NCBI GenBank assembly: GCA_964012805.1
Contig: CAXGUD010000033.1
Location: 1-42,011, forward strand
Source of the DNA: an uncultured Bacteriovoracaceae bacterium
Lineage (GTDB): Bacteria > Bdellovibrionota > Bacteriovoracia > Bacteriovoracales > Bacteriovoracaceae
DNA length: 42,011 nt
Direction of reading: 5' to 3'
Below, piece by piece: positions 26,742 to 35,213 of this stretch. The translations under genes and the position numbers were made by a program. Every line of letters begins with the position of its first letter. Within the stretch, counting starts at the first letter, position 1. The notes under the pieces are model-generated. The model made no database searches. It was not told where the DNA came from and saw only the letters and a list, made by a program, of their open reading frames with translations.

Positions 26742-29534
26742 TTATTTCTTTAATTCTTTTATAATAATTAAATATTTATCGAGTAGGTCTTCAATTGAAT
26801 CGATTTCAAAGTTAGTAGTCTTTATGATAAGCTCATCCGCCCAATTTTCTAATTCGGAAACATTATGCTCTTCCGACATTTTTTTTATCTTTGAGGCGAA
26901 CTCTTCAATTTGATTGATTTCCATTAAGTCTTTAAGTCTTTGATAATCTATTTGGATTAAATCTATTTTTTTTATTAACTCTTCTATATTTTTAACTTCA
27001 AGCTTTTCTAAAGGTTTAAATCTGAATTTTTCCATACTGGTTTTTATATTATTAAAAACCTTCATATAAATATTAAGGGGGTCATCATAAGTATAAATTG
27101 AATCTTCCAACTTTGTTTGATTTAACAATATTTTTAAAGTAGGAACCTCCTTAAGTGGGAACATCTTTAAATGAACGAACTGAGTGTAAGAGCTTAACTC
27201 TCTTTGAATAAGAACTAAATTTGCTTCTGAAAAGCTTATGTAACCTGAAAACTCTTCTATACTCGAAAAGGTTACAACTTTTAAGTTAAAATTCTCCAGA
27301 ACAGACCTTAAATGATCTTTTGAAAACTTATTTTCATCAATTATTGCAACGATCTCTCCATTAAATTGTTTATATGTTGTATTTTCATTATTCTTTAACC
27401 CTTCAATAATTCTTATATTTGGAATTTTAACTTTAACTTTTGTACCGCTTCCTTCTTCACTCATGATATCTATACTACCTCTCATTTGGGTTACAATAGC
27501 ATCAACTAAGCTAAGGCCTAAGCCTAGCCCTGAATCACCCATAATGATATTTTCAATTTTAAAAAATGGTTTAAAAACCTTTTTTAAATTATCAGAACTT
27601 ATACCAACACCGGTATCTTTAACTTCAAAAATAAAAGTTGCGTAATCTCCTTCCTTTTTAAATTCAAGAAAAACCTCAACCTTGCCTTTTTCTGTAAACT
27701 TTATAGCGTTATCTATAAGGGAGTGAATTAATTCCTCAAAACGAAAAGGGTCTACTTCAATACTATCCATTAATTTTCTTTCCGAGTTAAATTTAAAGTC
27801 TATGCCTTTTTCCTCACATAATTCAGAGTATCCTTTCAAAATTAAGTTTTCTAAATATTTAATCTCTAAAGGAGCTTTTCTTATTATTATATCTCCCGCT
27901 TCAATTTTTGAAATATCAATAATTTTATCTAATGTTTGACTCAACTCAATACCAGATTCACTAATAGATTGAAGATAGTCCCTTTGAGCCTCACTGTGAT
28001 AAGCAGTCTTTAAAATTTCAGAAAATCCAATAATTGCATTTAAAGGCGTTTTGATTTCATGTGAAATATTTGAAATAAATGTTGTCTTTATTTTATTAGC
28101 GTCTTCTAATTCTTTTAAGGCACCCTCAAGGTCTTCAACATTTTTCATTAATATACTTGAAAATGAACCAAGATCATCAGCTTTCTTTAATAAAGCATCT
28201 TTGGTTTTAATTAGATCAACTGCTCTAACCTCCTTCTCAATTATTTTTTTTCTTAAAGAAAAAAAGACAAAAGCCAAAAGAAAAAATATGTTAGTTAGAA
28301 GACCTAAAAAAATTATATTTTTAAAAATATAAAGATCTCTTAAAATTCCAATACTCCAAAATAAATGTATAAAAAAAGTTCCATATAAGAATCCAACCGA
28401 GCTTATCAATAATTTTCCCTCAACTTTTCTTCTAAATTTTTTGATGTAATTTAAAATCAAATATGAATAATAAAATAGACTAGGGATTAGAAAATATGGA
28501 AAAAACCACCATTTATTTCCGAGAAAAACATTAATTGTTAATAGAGCAGAAGTTATAAGAAAAAATTTATCATGCAAATAATAATTTAAATCATGTGACA
28601 AGCGTCCCTCAAAGTAGTTCTTTGAAAAAGATATAAAAATAAAAAAGTAAAATATTATGGCATAATTAAATAACTCATTTTGAAAAAAGGGAAAATTAGA
28701 ATAAATTATTTTTGACCCAAAACCACTTAAAACCAGTGAAAGGTAGATTAAGAATATTTTTAAAAATATATATAAAAATATTCCTCTTAAATTTGAAAAA
28801 AAGGATAAAAATAAAACAAAAGAAAAAGAAAAGAAACAAGTGAAATAGAAGAAACCATAAAATAAAACATCATAGGATCTTTTTTTTTCTAACTCTTTTT
28901 TTGAAAACACATTAATAGGGAATAAAAAAAACGATGTAGAATTTACTTTTACATAATAATCCTTCAGAGTTTTATCTCTTTTTAATTTAAATACAAAATC
29001 CCTATCCTTGGTTTCTCTTGAATTAAAAGATCTTGAATCTCCAGTAAATGTTTTAAACCATTCACCTTTTTCAAATTTATAAAAAGTGATATGATCTAGA
29101 GTTGGTTTTTCTAAATTTAAAAATAAATCTTCCTCTAAACCGTATAAAAATTTGTTTAAAGTAATTTTGAACCAAAAAGTAGATCCACTAAAGAAGGTTT
29201 TTATGAGATCAATATCTTTAAACTTTTTATTTCTTATTTCATTAAATTTTATAGCTCCACTTTTATCCTCAAAATAACTTATACTAAAACTTTTATTATC
29301 AAATAAAACGTTTATTTCTTTTGGATAAATAGGACTTAGAAAAATAAAGGACAATATAACTAAACAAGTTAGTGCAATTGAAATAATTTTTTTTCCATTA
29401 AACTTCACCAATTTAAACCAAGCCTGATAGATCACTCCCTGATTATTTATATCGGCTTTTCCCAATACTAAAGTGAGTAGTTTTAAAAGCTTAGATTTTT
29501 TTTTGGCTGAATTAAAATGATTTTCTTGAGTCAA
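26742..29534 (-). CDS. 7TM-DISM-type sensor histidine kinase with degenerate receiver
   Basis: DISMED2-like YFEDKSG...TFWFKI...LDHITFY...TGD; multi-TM region; FISNISHEIKTPLNAIIGF, NAIKFT, DTGVGI, GLGLGL; start codon uncertain. Confidence 0.88.
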   Translation of the reverse strand: MTQENHFNSAKKKSKLLKLLTLVLGKADINNQGVIYQAWFKLVKFNGKKIISIALTCLVILSFIFLSPIYPKEINVLFDNKSFSISYFEDKSGAIKFNEIRNKKFKDIDLIKTFFSGSTFWFKITLNKFLYGLEEDLFLNLEKPTLDHITFYKFEKGEWFKTFTGDSRSFNSRETKDRDFVFKLKRDKTLKDYYVKVNSTSFFLFPINVFSKKELEKKRSYDVLFYGFFYFTCFFSFSFVLFLSFFSNLRGIFLYIFLKIFLIYLSLVLSGFGSKIIYSNFPFFQNELFNYAIIFYFFIFISFSKNYFEGRLSHDLNYYLHDKFFLITSALLTINVFLGNKWWFFPYFLIPSLFYYSYLILNYIKKFRRKVEGKLLISSVGFLYGTFFIHLFWSIGILRDLYIFKNIIFLGLLTNIFFLLAFVFFSLRKKIIEKEVRAVDLIKTKDALLKKADDLGSFSSILMKNVEDLEGALKELEDANKIKTTFISNISHEIKTPLNAIIGFSEILKTAYHSEAQRDYLQSISESGIELSQTLDKIIDISKIEAGDIIIRKAPLEIKYLENLILKGYSELCEEKGIDFKFNSERKLMDSIEVDPFRFEELIHSLIDNAIKFTEKGKVEVFLEFKKEGDYATFIFEVKDTGVGISSDNLKKVFKPFFKIENIIMGDSGLGLGLSLVDAIVTQMRGSIDIMSEEGSGTKVKVKIPNIRIIEGLKNNENTTYKQFNGEIVAIIDENKFSKDHLRSVLENFNLKVVTFSSIEEFSGYISFSEANLVLIQRELSSYTQFVHLKMFPLKEVPTLKILLNQTKLEDSIYTYDDPLNIYMKVFNNIKTSMEKFRFKPLEKLEVKNIEELIKKIDLIQIDYQRLKDLMEINQIEEFASKIKKMSEEHNVSELENWADELIIKTTNFEIDSIEDLLDKYLIIIKELKK

Positions 29535-29544
29535 AGACTATAAT

Positions 29545-29575
29545 AAAAAAAAAAGAGGCCAACTGTGGCCTCTTT
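29545..29575 (-). terminator. Intrinsic terminator
   Basis: aaagaggcca-actg-tggcctcttt with an A run at 29545-29554 giving a U tract on the minus strand. Confidence 0.85.
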
Positions 29576-29610
29576 CTATGTTTTAAATAAACATAATCTA
29601 TAAAAATAAT

Positions 29611-29871
29611 TTACTGATTCCAATCTAAAACTTTTTTTGCCCAAGATGATTTTGTTTTTTCAACCCAAGGGCAATCTTTTAACTTATGGCTAACAAATTG
29701 TTCTAAAGCATCCGGCCCATCAGCATCAACCCATAATGTAAGATCCCATTCTCCCATTGTTGACCAAGCCCACTTTACTTCCTTCCACTCTTTTAAAAAA
29801 GACCAATCCCAGTCAGAAGAAGCATCGCCTTTCCATTTAACATCGACCTTTGCATACCATTTAGTTTCCAT
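29611..29871 (-). CDS. Stand-alone Lrp/AsnC ligand-binding (RAM)-like domain protein, Trp-rich
   Basis: EVKWAWSTMGEWDLTLWV...ALEQFVSHKL...VEKTKS follows the AsnC C-terminal pattern; no HTH; AAGGGG RBS. Confidence 0.7.
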   Translation of the reverse strand: METKWYAKVDVKWKGDASSDWDWSFLKEWKEVKWAWSTMGEWDLTLWVDADGPDALEQFVSHKLKDCPWVEKTKSSWAKKVLDWNQ

Positions 29872-29905
29872 TCGTTTTAACCCCTTAAATTACTTATAAA
29901 TTCAA

Positions 29906-30367
29906 TTACATATCAAAAAGAAAATGAATCGCTTTTGAAAAACACTTACCGGCTCTTTCTCCAACTTCTTTTAATTTGTCATTTGTACTTATGTTTTTTC
30001 CTTCAACTGTACTAAAACGGATGAACATATCAAAAAATATTGGATCTTGAGGGTCCTCACTATGAAAAATTTCTAGGTCTAGGTTAAAAGAATTATATAT
30101 CCAAGTGTTGGCAGCTCCAAAATCAGGTGCCCTCAATGACCTCACACGCTTCAAAATTGTATCCTTTTGATCATCGGGTAACTCTTTATGGGCCTTGATG
30201 GCAATATTAAAATCTATTTTATTATCACCTTGGACAACATGGAGCTTAAAGTCTTCTGATATCCCAGAGCTATTGACCCCTTCCAAAAAAGAATTAACAA
30301 GTCCTAATGCATGGCTATCTTCTCCAGCTTCTGCGTCCCTCCACAAAAACTTAATTTCTTGGCCCAC
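29906..30367 (-). CDS. Hypothetical protein
   Basis: 153-aa ORF, GTG start with AGGAAGG RBS; no recognised motif. Confidence 0.7.
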   Translation of the reverse strand: MGQEIKFLWRDAEAGEDSHALGLVNSFLEGVNSSGISEDFKLHVVQGDNKIDFNIAIKAHKELPDDQKDTILKRVRSLRAPDFGAANTWIYNSFNLDLEIFHSEDPQDPIFFDMFIRFSTVEGKNISTNDKLKEVGERAGKCFSKAIHFLFDM

Positions 30368-30500
30368 GGAACTACCTTCCTTTATAAAGAGGTTTTATAT
30401 CTCATTACATTCTAAAAAAAAAAGGTTCGAAAAAAAAGGAACTCTATCTTTGCCTATTGCAATTCGATTTTCTCATGACTTTTTAGCTTGATATGTTGAC

Positions 30501-30533
30501 TAAGGGCCCTGGTTATAAAAGCCAGGGCCCTTA
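30501..30533. terminator. Strong GC-rich hairpin (terminator or 3' stability element)
   Basis: taagggccctgg-ttataaaag-ccagggccctta, perfect 12-bp stem 20 nt after the stop at 30554; no clear U tract. Confidence 0.55.
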
Positions 30534-30553
30534 AAATTTAAAAGACCTAATGC

Positions 30554-31198
30554 TTACTTTAGGTCAAATCCCATTTTTATTTTGTAGTTACGAACTTTTC
30601 CTGTAATATTCATTTTTATAACACCTAAAGCTGGAACCGAGGAATGGGTTACTATAGAAGCTTCCAAATCTTGAACTTCCTCAGATGAGAGATTTTTTTC
30701 ATTGAGAATACCCAGTTCAAGTGCTCTAAACGCAATAAGGTCTTTCAGATTTTTTTCATCCTTTCCCTTAACATCATAAATTTTTAAAACTGGACACTCT
30801 TCATAGGTTATCCCGTTGTGTTCAACCCTCTCTTTGATATCTTCCAATTTTATTTTTAAGTTTGAGGTTTCAACAACACCTCTACGAACCTGCCCCCAAA
30901 AGGAATCTCCGAAGTAACTCTTAGGGACCATTAGAGTAATAACGCCACCCCTATCACCATAAAAAGAGACATTTATTTTAAAAGAATAGTCTATTTGGTA
31001 CTCTTCACCTTTCTCAGAATCAAATAAACCCTTCACCTCAAAAAAGCCATGACCCTTTTTAATCATACTTGTTGTTCTGGCCCTATCCTTGATTAAAACC
31101 ATGTCGCTTTTTTCACCAATAGGGTCCACAATGTCATTAGAAAAACCTGCAGTAATGAAACTTAAAACAAAAGAAAAAATTAGAAATGCCCTTACCAT
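30554..31198 (-). CDS. Secreted hypothetical protein
   Basis: Signal peptide MVRAFLIFSFVLSFITAGFS; GAGGT RBS; beta-rich-looking sequence. Confidence 0.75.
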   Translation of the reverse strand: MVRAFLIFSFVLSFITAGFSNDIVDPIGEKSDMVLIKDRARTTSMIKKGHGFFEVKGLFDSEKGEEYQIDYSFKINVSFYGDRGGVITLMVPKSYFGDSFWGQVRRGVVETSNLKIKLEDIKERVEHNGITYEECPVLKIYDVKGKDEKNLKDLIAFRALELGILNEKNLSSEEVQDLEASIVTHSSVPALGVIKMNITGKVRNYKIKMGFDLK

Positions 31199-31272
31199 AA
31201 GATAACCTCACTCTTTCAAATTTTAATTTATTTAAAAGTTTAGGTTATAAATGTTAAGGTAAAATTGTCAAA

Positions 31273-32598
31273 TTAATCAAAGCCATTAAGCCTAATTTCT
31301 TCATCAAGAGGTCCACGATATTTTTTCATGGCGCGAACCCAATTGACTCGAGAGCCCCAACGTCTTAATTTAAGAAAAAGTCCTAACGTAGAACGATCCA
31401 ACAAAAAGAACTCTTCCCTTGGAAATTTTCTTTTTTTAAGATCAATTGTTTTTATGAAATCTTTAACTTTTAAAAATGGATTCACTTCTAAAAGGGGGTA
31501 AGATCCTTCTTTAGTATAAGGGTTATAAGTTTCTTTAATTAATTGGAAATGGCTTTGAAAGATGTCTTCTGAATCAGTTTCCAAAAAAACACCGAGATCA
31601 ATAATAACCTTTTTGTATAAAGAATAGTCATCCTCTTCCATTGCCAAAAGTATTGCTGCGTACCTCTTAACAAAGCTTAGAGAAAACTCCCTTGTACTGC
31701 CATAATCTAAAAGTTTGATATTTTTTCTTGAAAAAAAATAATTTCCATTTTGTGGATCAGAGTGAATTTTTCTTTCCCTAAAAAGAGAATAAATATAAGA
31801 ATCGAAAAGTAATTGCCCTAAAAAGTCTCGTTCTTCTTGAGAATATTTTAGAGTCTCTTCAAAGTCGTCTCCATCGAGAAACTCCATTGTCAAAATAGAG
31901 TCTGAACAAAAAGTTTCAAATGTCCTCGGGACATGGATATTGGGAAACTCCTTCTCAAAAGAGTTCCTAAACTTTAACATTTCATTTCTTTCTTTTACAT
32001 AATCACATTCCTGAAGCACAGACCTTTTCATTTCCTTAACTAAATTTGTCACATCAATGATATCTGGAAAGATTAAGGAGAAAAACTTTTTAATTTGATC
32101 TATATTTTTAAAGTCATTTTGAGTCGCCTTCAATATATTTGGGTATTGAACTTTAATAGCAACATCCTCACCAGAGGGAAGGACAGCTTTATGAACTTGA
32201 CCAATACTCGCTGCGGCCAGTGGCACTCTATCAAAGGACTTAAATAAACCTTCAGGTATTTTTCCAAAGTTCTTTAGAAAAACCTTGTCTAAGTCAGATC
32301 GGGGCATAGGTGGTGCATCTTTTTGAAGCTCTTTAAAGAGGTCCGAAATTTCTGGTGGTAAAATTAAGTCATCACTAATCGATAACATTTGGCCCATTTT
32401 CATGAAGGCCCCTTTCAACTCTCCCATAGACTGAACAATATCTTTGGCAACATCGATTTTAACTTTTAAATCTTTTGCTTCTTTTAAAGTCCTATCAAAA
32501 GTTTTTTTGACAAAGAACTTTCCCGTGGCTTTTGCCAAGGTGGTTCCCATTTTTGTTAACCGGCCAATTTTCGTAGTCTTAATAGTTTTACTTCCCAT
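31273..32598 (-). CDS. ABC1/AarF/UbiB family atypical kinase
   Basis: LKGAFMKMGQ, AAASIGQVHKA, VAIKVQYP, ECDY..E, HSDPQNGN, LLDYG. Confidence 0.93.
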   Translation of the reverse strand: MGSKTIKTTKIGRLTKMGTTLAKATGKFFVKKTFDRTLKEAKDLKVKIDVAKDIVQSMGELKGAFMKMGQMLSISDDLILPPEISDLFKELQKDAPPMPRSDLDKVFLKNFGKIPEGLFKSFDRVPLAAASIGQVHKAVLPSGEDVAIKVQYPNILKATQNDFKNIDQIKKFFSLIFPDIIDVTNLVKEMKRSVLQECDYVKERNEMLKFRNSFEKEFPNIHVPRTFETFCSDSILTMEFLDGDDFEETLKYSQEERDFLGQLLFDSYIYSLFRERKIHSDPQNGNYFFSRKNIKLLDYGSTREFSLSFVKRYAAILLAMEEDDYSLYKKVIIDLGVFLETDSEDIFQSHFQLIKETYNPYTKEGSYPLLEVNPFLKVKDFIKTIDLKKRKFPREEFFLLDRSTLGLFLKLRRWGSRVNWVRAMKKYRGPLDEEIRLNGFD

Positions 32599-32601
32599 AT
32601 C

Positions 32602-33621
32602 CTACAACACTCTTCCATAAAAAAAGTCATCTATTTTTGAAGAAATATTAGCGCTTAACTTTTGGAAAAGCCCTTTGGATTCTTTTACATAACACAATTC
32701 AAAAATATCATGAGTTTCATACTTAGAGAGAAGATAATCGTCACTTGTTATAATTTCGTCAATTAAGTTAAGATCTAAGGCCTGAGTCCCATACCAATGT
32801 TCACCTGTAGCAACCTTCTCTAGATCTAACTGTGGTCTTGCATCTTTCACAAATGATTTAAATAATCTATGAGTTTCGTCGACTTCAATTTGGAATTTTT
32901 CCCGTGCCTTATCTGTATTTTCACCAAACATGGTTAAGGTCCTTTTAAACTCACCTCCCGTTATTTGTTCAAATTCAATATCGTTTTTCTTTAAAACTTT
33001 ATTAAAATTTGGAATTTGGGCCAAAACCCCAATAGAACCTACAATGGCAAAGGGTGAGGCCAAAATTTTGCTTCCCTGACAGGCCATCATATAACCTCCA
33101 CTTGCAGCCACTTTGTCAATGGATATAATCAAAGGAATTTTTCTATCTCGAAGCCTTTTCAATTGTCCTGCAGCGAGACCATAACCAGGAACTATTCCTC
33201 CAGGACTTTCTAAATGAACAAAAACCTCGTCCTTTTCTCTTATTAATGTCAAAAGAGCTGTTACCTCTTCCCTTAGTGATGCTGCTTCTTTTGCCCTCAT
33301 ATCACCTTGGAAATTAAGAACAAAAAGCCTTGGTCTTTCTTCTCCTGTCTTTTTTTTTGCTAATTTAACTTTTTCCTTTTTTTCTTTTTGATAAGTCTTT
33401 ATCTCTTCTTTTGTAAAAACCTCTGCCTGAAGAGATTCTTTAACTTCTTGAAACCGGTTATTTAAATTTTTTATTTCTAAAGTTCCTTGTTTAGGTTTTT
33501 TCTTTCTTGAAATTATTGCAATTCCAGCGAAAAGAATAAGCAAACCAATAACTAAAGTCCCAACTTTAGCGAAAAAGAGGATAAATTGCCCAAGTAATTC
33601 CATAAAGTTTATCATCTCCAA
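32602..33621 (-). CDS. sohB: Protease SohB (S49 family)
   Basis: N-terminal TM, LREEVTA, LESPGG.V.GYGLAA.QL.RL, DKVAASGGYMMAC, GSIGV, VATGEHW. Confidence 0.93.
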   Translation of the reverse strand: MEMINFMELLGQFILFFAKVGTLVIGLLILFAGIAIISRKKKPKQGTLEIKNLNNRFQEVKESLQAEVFTKEEIKTYQKEKKEKVKLAKKKTGEERPRLFVLNFQGDMRAKEAASLREEVTALLTLIREKDEVFVHLESPGGIVPGYGLAAGQLKRLRDRKIPLIISIDKVAASGGYMMACQGSKILASPFAIVGSIGVLAQIPNFNKVLKKNDIEFEQITGGEFKRTLTMFGENTDKAREKFQIEVDETHRLFKSFVKDARPQLDLEKVATGEHWYGTQALDLNLIDEIITSDDYLLSKYETHDIFELCYVKESKGLFQKLSANISSKIDDFFYGRVL

Positions 33622-33643
33622 CTCCTCTTATTTTAAAATCTTT

Positions 33644-34264
33644 TTAATAATTTAATAAGTAATAAACCCATTTCAAGTATTCATTAAAAACGCTTAAAAA
33701 GGCAGCTTCTTTCTCCCACCAATTTTTAGGCATTTCATTTGGCACAGATATTATTTCAATCCCAAATGAATTAACTTTTTTAAAAATCCACTCGGCGCGG
33801 CTAGAGTGGTACCAACTTGTCACTAAAATAACTTTTTTCGCATTTGGAAATCTTTCTTTTATTGCCAATAAAAGAACTTTTGCTTCATCAAATGTTGAAG
33901 TATTTCTCGTTTTCTGAATAAAAATGCGATCTTCCTTTGGCACTTCCAGATGGTCTAGCATCTTATCCACCATCTGACCCTGAGATAAACCGATCCCCAA
34001 TGCCTCTGCTTTCCCAATCTCAGCTTCAGCATAAATAATCTTTTTAACCCATTTTTTTTTATACAACTTTGCCATTTGCACTGAACGGTCATAAAAACCT
34101 CCCATCAATATAATTCCCACCTGACCCTTTTCACTTAAAGCAGATCTTTTTTCAATTAATTTGGCAGGTAATTGAAGGAGGTCATTACGAAATAAAAAAA
34201 GAGACGTAAAAATAAAAAAAACAAAAAAGATGGAAAGGTTTAATTTTATAATCTTTTTTTTCAT
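33644..34264 (-). CDS. YdcF/DUF218 (ElyC/SanA-like) protein
   Basis: N-terminal TM, IILMGG, TSTFDEA, ILVTSWYHSSRA, NEYLK. Confidence 0.87.
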   Translation of the reverse strand: MKKKIIKLNLSIFFVFFIFTSLFLFRNDLLQLPAKLIEKRSALSEKGQVGIILMGGFYDRSVQMAKLYKKKWVKKIIYAEAEIGKAEALGIGLSQGQMVDKMLDHLEVPKEDRIFIQKTRNTSTFDEAKVLLLAIKERFPNAKKVILVTSWYHSSRAEWIFKKVNSFGIEIISVPNEMPKNWWEKEAAFLSVFNEYLKWVYYLLNY

Positions 34265-34288
34265 TCTTTTACTTCTACTTAATTATTC

Positions 34289-35173
34289 TTACCATCTGCC
34301 ACAAGCAACCTTTTTATGGGGACAATTTTTTTCAGAAAACAAGCTATTTTTTAACTTTGTTTCTTCAATATTTAAATTAAAATCTTTTTTCAATTTATTT
34401 TTTAATTTTAAATTCTTATTTTTAGCATCCTCCAAAGATTCCTGGTATATTTTCACAGTCCTATCTGAAACTGACTTATTTACAGCATACCAAAGCTCAC
34501 TTTCCGCTAATGTATAAACTACTTCAAAATCACTCAACTTTAAATTAAGTTTTTTAATTAAGTGAAAAGTTGTTAATTCACCATAAGACATAAACTTAAC
34601 CCTTCTCCTTTTTAAAAGTCTAAACATTGCATCTGCGCTATTGGCAATGACAAAGTATTTTTCTGATACCCCTATTTTGCTGGATACGTAATTTAATCCG
34701 ACATCTCCCCTGATCCCTGTAACTTTACCTTGTTGAATGGCTCTTTTTATATTTTCTTTTTTCAATTTTGCCTGCCCCTTTAGGGCGAATAAAACGTTTT
34801 TGTTACTAGCGATGGGTCCAAACCATTTAAATAATTTTTCTCTTTCCTCAGTCCTTGTTGTTGAAAAAACAACATTTTTTCGACCTTTCTTTAAAGCCTT
34901 ATTATAGGCCCTTTGCCATGGAACAAGCCGATAGTTTTTTCTAGATACTGACTTATTAATCTTTCCTTTTTTATAGAGATTCCTATGAGTCGCTTCAAGA
35001 AGCTCAATTGCTATACCAGAATTCATCTTCCCATCCGCGCTACGGTAATTAAAAGGTGGATAGTCTTCTGTATACCATTTAAGAGATTCAATTGAATAGG
35101 ATTCCAAAATTATAAGATTTGAAAATAAAAAGAACAATAGATACTTAATTTGAATTTTAAAATTAAATTTCAT
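34289..35173 (-). CDS. Periplasmic substrate-binding protein, family 3
   Basis: Signal peptide, YTEDYPPFNY, PWQRA, STTRTEEREKLFKWFGP. Confidence 0.85.
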   Translation of the reverse strand: MKFNFKIQIKYLLFFLFSNLIILESYSIESLKWYTEDYPPFNYRSADGKMNSGIAIELLEATHRNLYKKGKINKSVSRKNYRLVPWQRAYNKALKKGRKNVVFSTTRTEEREKLFKWFGPIASNKNVLFALKGQAKLKKENIKRAIQQGKVTGIRGDVGLNYVSSKIGVSEKYFVIANSADAMFRLLKRRRVKFMSYGELTTFHLIKKLNLKLSDFEVVYTLAESELWYAVNKSVSDRTVKIYQESLEDAKNKNLKLKNKLKKDFNLNIEETKLKNSLFSEKNCPHKKVACGRW

Positions 35174-35213
35174 CCTAAACTCCCTCTTTTTTTCTTTATT
35201 TTTTTATTTTTTT

